A stretch of DNA of 64,000 nt from Rhodospirillales bacterium. Its GTDB lineage: Bacteria; Pseudomonadota; Alphaproteobacteria; Rhodospirillales; UBA2165. Location: the NCBI GenBank assembly GCA_965213765.1, contig OZ243926.1, positions 3,309,422 through 3,373,421 of the forward strand, given 5' to 3'. Positions 19,529 through 27,423 of the stretch are shown here, in pieces (the first letter of the stretch is position 1; the number at the start of each line of letters is the position of its first letter). Made by a program: the position numbers and the translations under genes. The notes under the pieces were generated by a model. It worked only from the letters and a program-made list of their open reading frames with translations, did no database searches and was not told the DNA's origin.

Positions 19529-20206
19529 CTACCCGCCGGCAATCGCCTGACGCAGCCGGTCGGCCGCTGGATTTTGAACGGCGTGCTCGAGGAGGATCCG
19601 GGCCGGGGTCGGGTTGCCGCCGTAATAGGCCCGGTTGTAGTCGTTGCGGCGGATCATCGCCGAACCTTCCAGCGATGCGCCGGCGTAGAAGCCCGCATTG
19701 TTCGAGAAAGCGACGATATCGAAGTTGAGGTTGGTGGTGACCGCCCCTTCATAGCCGACGCCCCGTGGTCCGGCCGCGGCGCTGATGTCGGCACCCAGCT
19801 TGCCCTGGTGCTTGACGATGGCCTCGATGGCCTTCTTCTTGCGGATGACCAAAACCACCTCCGCGGTCTGCGCCCCCGCCTGGAAGCCGACGCTGCCGGC
19901 AGCGAGGGTGTAGAAGGCAGGGTATCCCCAACTGCCATCAGCCTTGCGGCTCAGCACCACACCGGAGCCGCCCTCCGCGCCGATCAGGAAGCCACCCTTG
20001 ATCAAGGCTGGGAAAACGGCCACTCCTTGCGCTTCGGCAAGCATCTTGTTGAAGCCGCGAATATCCGGGTTGCGCTTCATCGTCTGGATGGTGTCCTGCG
20101 CCGCGGTGATCAAATTGGCTGTTTTGGTCGCGTCAGTGACCTGGGCGCAGCTGGCCAAAACGACGGTCGCGGCGGCCACGCCGATAGTCCGAAACCAAAT
20201 TTTCAT
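19529..20206 (-). CDS. SYLF/Ysc84 lipid-binding domain lipoprotein
   Basis: Lipobox LASC; GGSGV, SVGFQAG, GFYAGASLEG, NRAYYG. Confidence 0.88.
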   Translation of the reverse strand: MKIWFRTIGVAAATVVLASCAQVTDATKTANLITAAQDTIQTMKRNPDIRGFNKMLAEAQGVAVFPALIKGGFLIGAEGGSGVVLSRKADGSWGYPAFYTLAAGSVGFQAGAQTAEVVLVIRKKKAIEAIVKHQGKLGADISAAAGPRGVGYEGAVTTNLNFDIVAFSNNAGFYAGASLEGSAMIRRNDYNRAYYGGNPTPARILLEHAVQNPAADRLRQAIAGG

Positions 20207-20226
20207 CTTGTTATCCCCAATGCTGT

Positions 20227-21030
20227 TTATTCACCTTGCTGTAGCAGCAATCCCCGTTTTCGGGCAACGCCGAACAGGTAGAGGAACCCGCCGGTACAGA
20301 GTATCAGATAGAGCACGTTGAGGCCCACCGCGCCGGCAAACAAATCCCATCGAAAAACATCGTCGAACAGCACCGCCCGCATACCCTCGAATACATAGGA
20401 AGACGGCAGTAACCAGGCGACCGGCTCCAGCCAGTCGGGCAGTACTTCGATCGGGTAATAGATGCCCGAGATCGGCGCTACTAGGAAAATACCGAGCCAA
20501 GCCAGGCTCTCGGCGCCGAGGCCAAGGCGCAGGACCAGGGCGGAGACCAATATCCCGACCGCCCAGCCCATCACCATCAGATTGACGAAGAATGCCACCA
20601 GCGACAGGCCGAGATCGAAAATCCACACGTCGAAGAACGGCAGCGCGAGCAGGGCGGCGGGGGTGACGCTGATGATGGTGCGGAGAAAGCTCATGACCAT
20701 CAGTGCGCCGACCATCTCCAGGGGCCGGAGCGGGCTGATAAACAACTGGCCCAGGTTCCGCGACCACATTTCCTCCAGGAACATCAGCGACAGGCCGAGG
20801 TTTGAGCGGAACAGCACGTCCCACAGCAGGACGGCGCTGATCAGAACGCCGGCGGCCTGTGCCACCCAGGATGAGTGGCTGAGAAAGAAGGTGGTGATGA
20901 AGCCCCACAGCAATAGTTGGAATGTGGGCCAATAGGCGAGCTCCAAAATTCGTGGCCATGAGGAGCGCAGCAGATACCAATGCCGCAACATCATGCCCCA
21001 AAGGCGCCGCGGATTGAGCAGCACAGGCAT
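20227..21030 (-). CDS. ABC-2 type permease
   Basis: About 6 TM helices, EEMWSRNL, GIYYPIEVLP, YVFEGMR. Confidence 0.9.
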   Translation of the reverse strand: MPVLLNPRRLWGMMLRHWYLLRSSWPRILELAYWPTFQLLLWGFITTFFLSHSSWVAQAAGVLISAVLLWDVLFRSNLGLSLMFLEEMWSRNLGQLFISPLRPLEMVGALMVMSFLRTIISVTPAALLALPFFDVWIFDLGLSLVAFFVNLMVMGWAVGILVSALVLRLGLGAESLAWLGIFLVAPISGIYYPIEVLPDWLEPVAWLLPSSYVFEGMRAVLFDDVFRWDLFAGAVGLNVLYLILCTGGFLYLFGVARKRGLLLQQGE

Positions 21031-21800
21031 CACTGAACCGCCTCCGCCTGATTGCGCGATCGGGCAATTTCCAGAAATACCTCTTCCAGACTCTGCCGCC
21101 CGTAGCGTGCCGACAGTTCCTTCGGCGTGCCTCTGTCGGCGATGCGGCCTTCCTTCATGATCAGCACGTCATCGCAGAGCCGTTCGACCTCGGCCATATT
21201 GTGAGAAGCGAGTACGATGGCGGCGCCGGTGCGGCGGCGGTAGTCGTCCAGATATCCCCGCACCCAGTCGGCGGTGTCCGGGTCCAGAGACGCGGTCGGC
21301 TCATCCAGCAACAGCAGATCCGGCTGGTTTATCAGTGCCTTGGCGAGTGCAGCCCGGGTCTTTTGACCGGCGGACGCCTTGCCGAGCGGCCGCTTCAGAA
21401 ACGCCTCAAGCTCCAGGTCCCGCGCAAGTTCACCGATCCGGTCCCGGGGTTTGGAGATGCCATAAAGATTGGCGTAGACCAGCAGGTTCTCGTAGACGCT
21501 TAGCCGGTTCGGCATGTCCACGTAGGGAGACGAGAAATTCATCCGTGGCAGTGCCGTGTGCCGATTGGCGAGCATGTCCGTGCCGAGCACATTAATGGTC
21601 CCGCCGGTCGGGACCAGCAGCCCCAGCAGCATGGCGATGGTCGTTGTCTTGCCGGCGCCGTTGCCGCCGAGCAGCGCGGTGACACTACCCAACTGGACAT
21701 CGAAGCTGATACCGCCGACGGCAGTCACGTTCTCGAAGCGCTTTTCGAGGTCCCGGGCGGCGACGGCGAGGCCGTCCGGTTGATGGGAACCATCGGTCAT
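21030..21800 (-). CDS. ABC transporter ATP-binding protein
   Basis: GGNGAGKTT, SAGQ, LLLDEPT, SH motif. Confidence 0.93.
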   Translation of the reverse strand: MTDGSHQPDGLAVAARDLEKRFENVTAVGGISFDVQLGSVTALLGGNGAGKTTTIAMLLGLLVPTGGTINVLGTDMLANRHTALPRMNFSSPYVDMPNRLSVYENLLVYANLYGISKPRDRIGELARDLELEAFLKRPLGKASAGQKTRAALAKALINQPDLLLLDEPTASLDPDTADWVRGYLDDYRRRTGAAIVLASHNMAEVERLCDDVLIMKEGRIADRGTPKELSARYGRQSLEEVFLEIARSRNQAEAVQ

Positions 21801-22066
21801 TGGCCGGTGAATTCCGACCCCGACCGGCCGGCCGGAATGTCGACGCCCGGCATCAGGGCTTCACGCAAGTCCCGAATCGAGATGAACAATTCGGAAAAGA
21901 ACGGCCGCGGCGTCGCCTTGCCGGCCAGGCGGCGGACGAATTGGCGGCGCACCATGTTGGACGGGCCGGCCCGCGAATGCGCGATGCGCTCCACGTGGTC
22001 CGGCTGCCGGCTCTCCGGCGTGCGCGTTTCCTCGACGTTCGATACGGGGGTTGCTTCGTCGGCCAT
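21797..22066 (-). CDS. Small hypothetical protein (89 aa) coupled to the ABC ATPase gene
   Basis: Stop overlaps the ATPase start (ATGA); fills the gap between genes. Confidence 0.5.
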   Translation of the reverse strand: MADEATPVSNVEETRTPESRQPDHVERIAHSRAGPSNMVRRQFVRRLAGKATPRPFFSELFISIRDLREALMPGVDIPAGRSGSEFTGQ

Positions 22067-22128
22067 CGCCAGTCCAAGCAAAAACGCCCCAAAATCAGGG
22101 CAAGTGAATACTCTCTAATTGGGAACCT

Positions 22129-22144
22129 TTAACCAATCATAAAC
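22129..22144. promoter_or_regulatory. Candidate CtrA box
   Basis: TTAA-CCAATCA-TAAAC, one mismatch to TTAA-N7-TTAAC. Confidence 0.4.
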
Positions 22145-22196
22145 CCCCCGGCATAACCCCCCGGGCTTCGGGCGAAATGCCGATCCCGCGGGCCGC

Positions 22197-23105
22197 TCAA
22201 TTCCATACCGTGTGAATCTTCTCCCACAGCCAGTCGATAAGCGGATCGTTGGCGGTTCGTTGATGGCGAATCGCCGAAGTTTCGTTGGACGGCAGCTCGA
22301 ACGGCGAGGCATACAGCTTGAGGCCGAGGAATTCCTTGTAGAGCTCGGCCGGACCCCGGGTGATCGTGGTGATCAGATCGGTAGTCGAGACGGCAAAAAG
22401 AGCGCTCGAAAAATGAGGAACCACCATGACCGTCCGGCGCGCCATACCCTCTCGCGCCAACTGCTCGTCGATCTGCTGATCGATGCCGGCAAGATTGGCG
22501 AACCGGACGTGGCCGAGGCGGCAGAACTGTTCGGGGGTCGGCTTACGCTTGATCACCGGATGGCCGGCGCGGACGGCGACGATGCAATGGTCACGCACCA
22601 GAAGCGATTTCCGGCAGGTGCCGGGCACCGCGCCGAAGGGACCGATGGCGATGTCCAACTCGCCATCCTCGACCATGGCCAGCGCCGCTTCGGCCTCGGT
22701 ATGCCGGAAATCCGTGGTCAATCCCGGCGCTTCGTCCAGGAGAAGCTCCACCAGCCGGGTGGCGAAATATCCAATGCCGTAGTCGAGCATGCCGATCCGC
22801 ACCGTACGGCCGGCGGCCGCCGGATCGAAGGCAATGCCGCCGCCGATCAGCCCCTGAATGCGCCCGAGGATTTCGCCGACCGGACCCGACAGCTCATGGG
22901 CCAGCGGCGTGGGCACCATGCGTGCTTTGACCCGGGTAAACAGCTTGTCATCGAACAGCTCCCTAAGGCGCTTCAGGGCATGGCTTACGGCCGGTTGGGT
23001 GAGGCCCAAGGTCTCGGCGGCCTTGGTCACTTGGCCGAAATCGTAGATCGCCTTGAACACGGTCAGGAGATTGAGGTCAACGGTACGTAAATTAATTTCA
23101 TTCAT
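22197..23105 (-). CDS. LysR-family regulator
   Basis: DLNLL...VTKAA..LGLTQPAVSHALKRLR HTH; divergent from the TauD gene. Confidence 0.95.
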   Translation of the reverse strand: MNEINLRTVDLNLLTVFKAIYDFGQVTKAAETLGLTQPAVSHALKRLRELFDDKLFTRVKARMVPTPLAHELSGPVGEILGRIQGLIGGGIAFDPAAAGRTVRIGMLDYGIGYFATRLVELLLDEAPGLTTDFRHTEAEAALAMVEDGELDIAIGPFGAVPGTCRKSLLVRDHCIVAVRAGHPVIKRKPTPEQFCRLGHVRFANLAGIDQQIDEQLAREGMARRTVMVVPHFSSALFAVSTTDLITTITRGPAELYKEFLGLKLYASPFELPSNETSAIRHQRTANDPLIDWLWEKIHTVWN

Positions 23106-23145
23106 AGAAAAGAATTATAAAAATGAATTGGATTAATGCAATTGG
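23101..23145. promoter_or_regulatory. AT-rich divergent promoter with LysR T-N11-A box
   Basis: ATA-GAAAAGAAT-TAT (23104-23118) overlapping the LysR start. Confidence 0.55.
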
Positions 23146-23185
23146 TCTGCCGTAAGTTGTTGTGAGTAAGCAGGGGAGGACTCCC

Positions 23186-24169
23186 ATGGACAAACTGGTT
23201 GAGCAAAACACGTCGAGCCCGATCACGGTGAAAAAGACCGGGGCCAATCTCAGCGCGGAGATCAGCGATATTGATCTCACCCGGCCGATGGACGATGCGA
23301 CCTTCGAGGCCGTCAATGCGGCGCTCGTGGAACACGAGGTGATCGTCTTCCGGGACCAGGAAATCTCATCCGAAAACCTGATCGACTTCGGGCGCCGCTT
23401 CGGCGAGTTGACGGTTCATCCGTTTTCGCCCAACGACGGCGATCGGCCTTATCTGATTCTCTTTGAGAATGACGAAAACAATCCGCCCTTCGGCACCGAC
23501 TGCTGGCACTCGGACGAAACCTTCCGCGAGTGCCCGCCCATGGCCACGGTCCTTTGCGCCAAGGATGTGCCCGAGGTCGGCGGCGATACGATGTTTGCCA
23601 GCATGAGCGCGGCATTCGATGGTCTCTCCGACCGGATGCAGCAGTTCATTTCCGGACTGGAGGCGGTTCACGATTTCAAGGTGTTCAAGAATCTGTTCGG
23701 TGAATCCGAGGAGGACCGGAAGAATCTGATTGAATACGAGCTTCGCTATCCGCCGCAGGTCCAGCCGGTGGTCCGGGTTCACCCGGTTTCCGGCAAGAAG
23801 GTTTTATGGGTCAACCCCCAGTTCACGATTGCCGTCAAGGGCATGGACGAGCGCGAAAGCCGGTCCCTGCTCGACACGCTGTTCCACCAGGCGCTGATTC
23901 CGGAATATCAGTACCGTCACAATTGGCGGAACCACACCATCGTCATGTGGGACAATCGCTCGGTCCAGCACTATGCGGTGCATGACTACTACCCCAGCCG
24001 CCGGTTCATGGAGCGGGTGACCATTGAGGGCGACAAGCCGGTCGGCGTCCCCGCCGCGGATCCGGACAGCCTCCGCAGGTTCAAGTTCCACGCCAAGACC
24101 GGCTCGGACTCCCACGGCGGCCACACGGCGCCGAAGCGGCAGTTTCAACGGGAACTCGACGCCGGATAG
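23186..24169 (+). CDS. TauD/TfdA family 2OG-dependent dioxygenase
   Basis: WHSDETF, GGDT, WDNRSVQHYA, RFMERVT; GGAGGA RBS before ATG 23186. Confidence 0.93.
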   Translation: MDKLVEQNTSSPITVKKTGANLSAEISDIDLTRPMDDATFEAVNAALVEHEVIVFRDQEISSENLIDFGRRFGELTVHPFSPNDGDRPYLILFENDENNPPFGTDCWHSDETFRECPPMATVLCAKDVPEVGGDTMFASMSAAFDGLSDRMQQFISGLEAVHDFKVFKNLFGESEEDRKNLIEYELRYPPQVQPVVRVHPVSGKKVLWVNPQFTIAVKGMDERESRSLLDTLFHQALIPEYQYRHNWRNHTIVMWDNRSVQHYAVHDYYPSRRFMERVTIEGDKPVGVPAADPDSLRRFKFHAKTGSDSHGGHTAPKRQFQRELDAG

Positions 24170-24221
24170 ACCGAGGCTTTTCACCTCGCGCGAGCCGCCT
24201 TCCCGGCGCTAAGATGCCGGC

Positions 24222-24968
24222 ATGTTGACCGAACCGGAAACGCGTGCCGGACCTCCCTTTCGCGTGCCCGCGGACACGCGGATCTACGCCATCGGCGATA
24301 TTCACGGCCGGATCGACCTGCTGGGCGAGCTGCACGACCGGATTCTGGATGACGGTAAGGGATATCCCGGCCGCCGGGTGATCGTGTATTTGGGCGATTA
24401 CATTGACCGCGGCCCGCACTCGCCGGCGGTTCTGGACGCGGTGCGCCGGAAACCGCTGAATGGTTTCGAGCATGTTTGCCTCAAGGGCAATCACGAGGAC
24501 CATCTGTTGAAGTTCCTCGACGATCCCGGTGACGAAATCGGCATCTGGCTCCGCAACGGCGGCGGTGAGACCATGGTGTCCTACGGCGTCGATGCCGGAC
24601 CCGGCCGGCCGGCGGAGGCTGTCCGGGATGATCTCGCCCGCGCCCTGCCGCCCGAGCACCTGTCGTTCATGCGGACGCTGCCCGTTTATCACGACGAGGG
24701 CGGCTACCGGTTCGTTCACGCCGGGCTCAGACCGGGCGTGCCGTTGAGCGAACAGTCGGACCACGACATGATCTGGATTCGGGATGAGTTCCTGGACCAT
24801 CCCGAGCCGTTCGAAAAGCGGGTGGTTCACGGCCATACGATCTGTCTCGCGCCGGAGGTGTCGGCTGTACGGATCGGGATTGATACGGGGGCCTACATGA
24901 CGGGCGTGCTGACCTCGGTGGTCCTCGAGGGCGCCGACGTACGGTTCCTGGCCGCCGCCGCCTCCTGA
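24222..24968 (+). CDS. Metallophosphoesterase (PrpA-like Ser/Thr phosphatase)
   Basis: GDIHG, GDYIDRG, GNHE, FVHAG, HGHT, IDTG. Confidence 0.92.
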   Translation: MLTEPETRAGPPFRVPADTRIYAIGDIHGRIDLLGELHDRILDDGKGYPGRRVIVYLGDYIDRGPHSPAVLDAVRRKPLNGFEHVCLKGNHEDHLLKFLDDPGDEIGIWLRNGGGETMVSYGVDAGPGRPAEAVRDDLARALPPEHLSFMRTLPVYHDEGGYRFVHAGLRPGVPLSEQSDHDMIWIRDEFLDHPEPFEKRVVHGHTICLAPEVSAVRIGIDTGAYMTGVLTSVVLEGADVRFLAAAAS

Positions 24969-25048
24969 AGACAAGGGGTTTGACCCGGGAGCGATGAAGG
25001 CGCTGGGGCCGGCCCCACTCGGCCATGGCTAAGGGCTTGGAATCCATA

Positions 25049-25327
25049 ATGGAAATTAGAAAACGCATCCTGGTGACCGGAGGCGCCGGCTTTCTCGGCT
25101 CTCACCTCTGCGAGCGCGCGGTTGCCGAAGGGCACGATATCCTGTGCGTCGACAACGACTTTACCGGCGCCAAGTCCAAATCCGTCTACCAAGAACTGCC
25201 CGAGGACGACCCCGCCCGGCGTTGTCCCGACATCACGCCGGCCGAGGCGCATCTGGGCCGGGAGCCGTCCGTCGCGCCGAGCGCGGGCCCAACGAAAACC
25301 ATCGCCCATTTCGATAGCATTATCTGA
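25049..25327 (+). pseudogene. UDP-glucuronate decarboxylase (Uxs-like SDR) relic with large in-frame internal deletion
   Basis: [16 protein letters not shown]...VDNDFTG joined directly to C-terminal [13 protein letters not shown]...KTIAHF; only 92 aa. Confidence 0.85.
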
Positions 25328-25520
25328 TACTTGGCCGTTGACCGGCGGCCAAATGTGGCGGCCCGCCACAAAATCGCCAAACTCCGAACATTAACGGAAC
25401 ACACTTTCGCCGAATTTGAATGGTGAATCGAGGTGTCCGACGGCGCCGACCTGCGGGCGGAAACCGCTGAGATGCGGCAATTTGGTTTCTTACCCTTCCA
25501 TCGGCCGCCGAAAGGTTTTG

Positions 25521-25590
25521 TTAACCCATCGGGGACCATCTTGACCCATTGACGCCCATAAAATCCCATGATATCCCAAAGTATCCCAAA
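25521..25590. promoter_or_regulatory. mraZ/dcw promoter with seven 10-bp-phased CCCA boxes (probable MraZ operator)
   Basis: CCCA at 25525, 25545, 25555, 25565, 25575, 25585 and ACCA at 25535; TTGACC/TTGACG -35-like hexamers inside. Confidence 0.75.
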
Positions 25591-25693
25591 TGGCGGGAGA
25601 CTGCGGGGTTTGGGACACGGGTAGGGGTTTCCGGAGTCGCGCAACCAGCCGGGTCACGGGGGTGCGATCTTCGGGCGGTAGTTATAGGCGGAG

Positions 25694-26158
25694 ATGGCTG
25701 TGTTTATCGGCCGGCACATCAATAGGATCGACAAGAAGGGACGCATTTCCGTTCCAAAGCCGTTTCGCTCGGTGTTCAAGGACCAGAGCTTCAAGGGCAT
25801 CTATGTCTATCCGTCGTTCAAGGCCGCAGCCTTGGAGGCCTGCGACGAAGAATTCATTAACCGGTTCGCGGCCAGCATCGACGATCTGGACCTGTTCTCC
25901 GACGAGCAGGACGACCTCGCCGCCACCATTCTCGAAATCACCCAGGCCCTGCCGTTCGATACCGAGGGGCGGGTCATCTTGCCGCAGGATTTCCTCGATC
26001 ACGCCGGTATCACCTCCGATGCCGCCTTCGTCGGCCGGGGCACCCGGTTCCAGATCTGGGAGCCCGGATCTTACGAAACCCATCGTGCCCGCGCCGTCGA
26101 CCGTGCCCGGTCCCGCGGCGCCACCCTCAAACTCCGTCCCAAGGGAGACGACGGCTAG
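25694..26158 (+). CDS. mraZ: Transcriptional regulator MraZ
   Basis: DKKGR and DTEGR SpoVT-AbrB repeats, FQIW; first gene of dcw. Confidence 0.96.
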   Translation: MAVFIGRHINRIDKKGRISVPKPFRSVFKDQSFKGIYVYPSFKAAALEACDEEFINRFAASIDDLDLFSDEQDDLAATILEITQALPFDTEGRVILPQDFLDHAGITSDAAFVGRGTRFQIWEPGSYETHRARAVDRARSRGATLKLRPKGDDG

Positions 26159-27120
26159 TGCCCGGACACATCCCCGTCATGCTCGAGGAGGTCATCGACG
26201 CCCTGGCGCCTCGGGACGGCGGGGTGTACGTCGACGGCACGTTCGGCGAGGGGGGCTATTCCCAGGCCATACTCGATGCCGCCGCCACGACCGTTCTCGG
26301 CATCGACCGGGATCCCCGGGCCGTCACCATCGGCGCCGAACTGGGACGCCGCCATTCCGGCCGCTTCACCATGCTTCACGGCCGCTTCGGCGACATGGAA
26401 GTCCTGATGAAGGAAGCCGGCGTTACCCAAGTCGACGGGGTGGCCCTTGACCTTGGTGTTTCCTCGCCGCAGCTCGACGGGGCCGCACGCGGTTTCTCGT
26501 TCCGCGCCGACGGGCCGCTTGATATGCGGATGGGCGGCGATGATGGAACGGCTACCGCCGCCGAGTTCATCAACGCCGCACCGGAGGCCGAACTCGCAGA
26601 TGTCCTCCACCGCTACGGCGAGGAGCGTCAGGCCCGCCGGATCGCCCGCGCCATCGTCACCGCCCGGGCCGAACGCCCCATCCTGCGCACCGGCGAACTG
26701 GCTGAAATCGTCCGCGGCATCGTCAGGACCTCCGGTAAGGACCAGGCAATCGACCCCGCCACCCGGACTTTTCTCGCGCTGCGCATTCACGTCAACGACG
26801 AGTTGGGCGAGGTTCGCCGCGGCCTTGTCGCCGCGGAGCACATCCTGGCCCCGGGGGGCCGCTTGGCCGTGGTGTCGTTCCACTCGCTCGAGGACCGCAT
26901 TGTGAAACAGTTTCTGGCGGCGCGTTCCGGCCGTGCCGGCCGGGGGTCCCGCCATTTGCCCGAGACCAGTTTCCCGGACCCGAGCTTCCAGTTGATCGCC
27001 CGCCGCGCTCTCAAACCCTCGGCGGCCGAAGTCGAACGCAACCCGCGCGGCCGGTCCGCCCGGCTGCGCGTCGCCGAACGCACCGCCGCACCCTCGTGGC
27101 CTCAGAAGGCGGCGGCCTGA
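26158..27120 (+). CDS. rsmH: 16S rRNA m4C1402 methyltransferase
   Basis: HIPVML, DGTFGEGG, DLGVSS, GPLDMRM, SFHSLED, NPRGRSARLR. Confidence 0.97.
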   Translation: MPGHIPVMLEEVIDALAPRDGGVYVDGTFGEGGYSQAILDAAATTVLGIDRDPRAVTIGAELGRRHSGRFTMLHGRFGDMEVLMKEAGVTQVDGVALDLGVSSPQLDGAARGFSFRADGPLDMRMGGDDGTATAAEFINAAPEAELADVLHRYGEERQARRIARAIVTARAERPILRTGELAEIVRGIVRTSGKDQAIDPATRTFLALRIHVNDELGEVRRGLVAAEHILAPGGRLAVVSFHSLEDRIVKQFLAARSGRAGRGSRHLPETSFPDPSFQLIARRALKPSAAEVERNPRGRSARLRVAERTAAPSWPQKAAA

Positions 27121-27129
27121 GGAGAGCCC

Positions 27130-27423
27130 ATGCGTCAGACAACTCTGATCACATTTCTCTCCGTCTGCGTCATGATGGTCGCGCTGTTCTATCTCGAACA
27201 CGAGGTGACAACCCTCGAAGAGGAACTTGAGTCGCTGAACAAGACCATCGTCAGCGACCAGGAAGCCATTCACGTCCTTCGGGCGGAATGGAGCCACCTC
27301 AATGATACCGATCGCCTGAGGGAACTCGCCGAGAAATATCTTGCGCTGGAGCCGGTCCGCCCCGCCCAGATTATCGCCGTACCCCGCCCCGCCGCCGCCG
27401 CCGCGACCGAGGAGGTCCGATGA
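27130..27423 (+). CDS. ftsL: Cell division protein FtsL
   Basis: TM plus coiled coil, LRAEWSHLN; located between rsmH and ftsI. Confidence 0.85.
   Translation: MRQTTLITFLSVCVMMVALFYLEHEVTTLEEELESLNKTIVSDQEAIHVLRAEWSHLNDTDRLRELAEKYLALEPVRPAQIIAVPRPAAAAATEEVR

Noticed and set aside
10287-25327. A single genomic island or prophage covering the accessory segment
   Set aside because: No integrase, att repeats, tRNA or phage genes; looks like piecemeal gene gain and loss
25330-25690. rnpB or another ncRNA upstream of mraZ
   Set aside because: No GAGGAAAGTCC RNase P signature found on either strand
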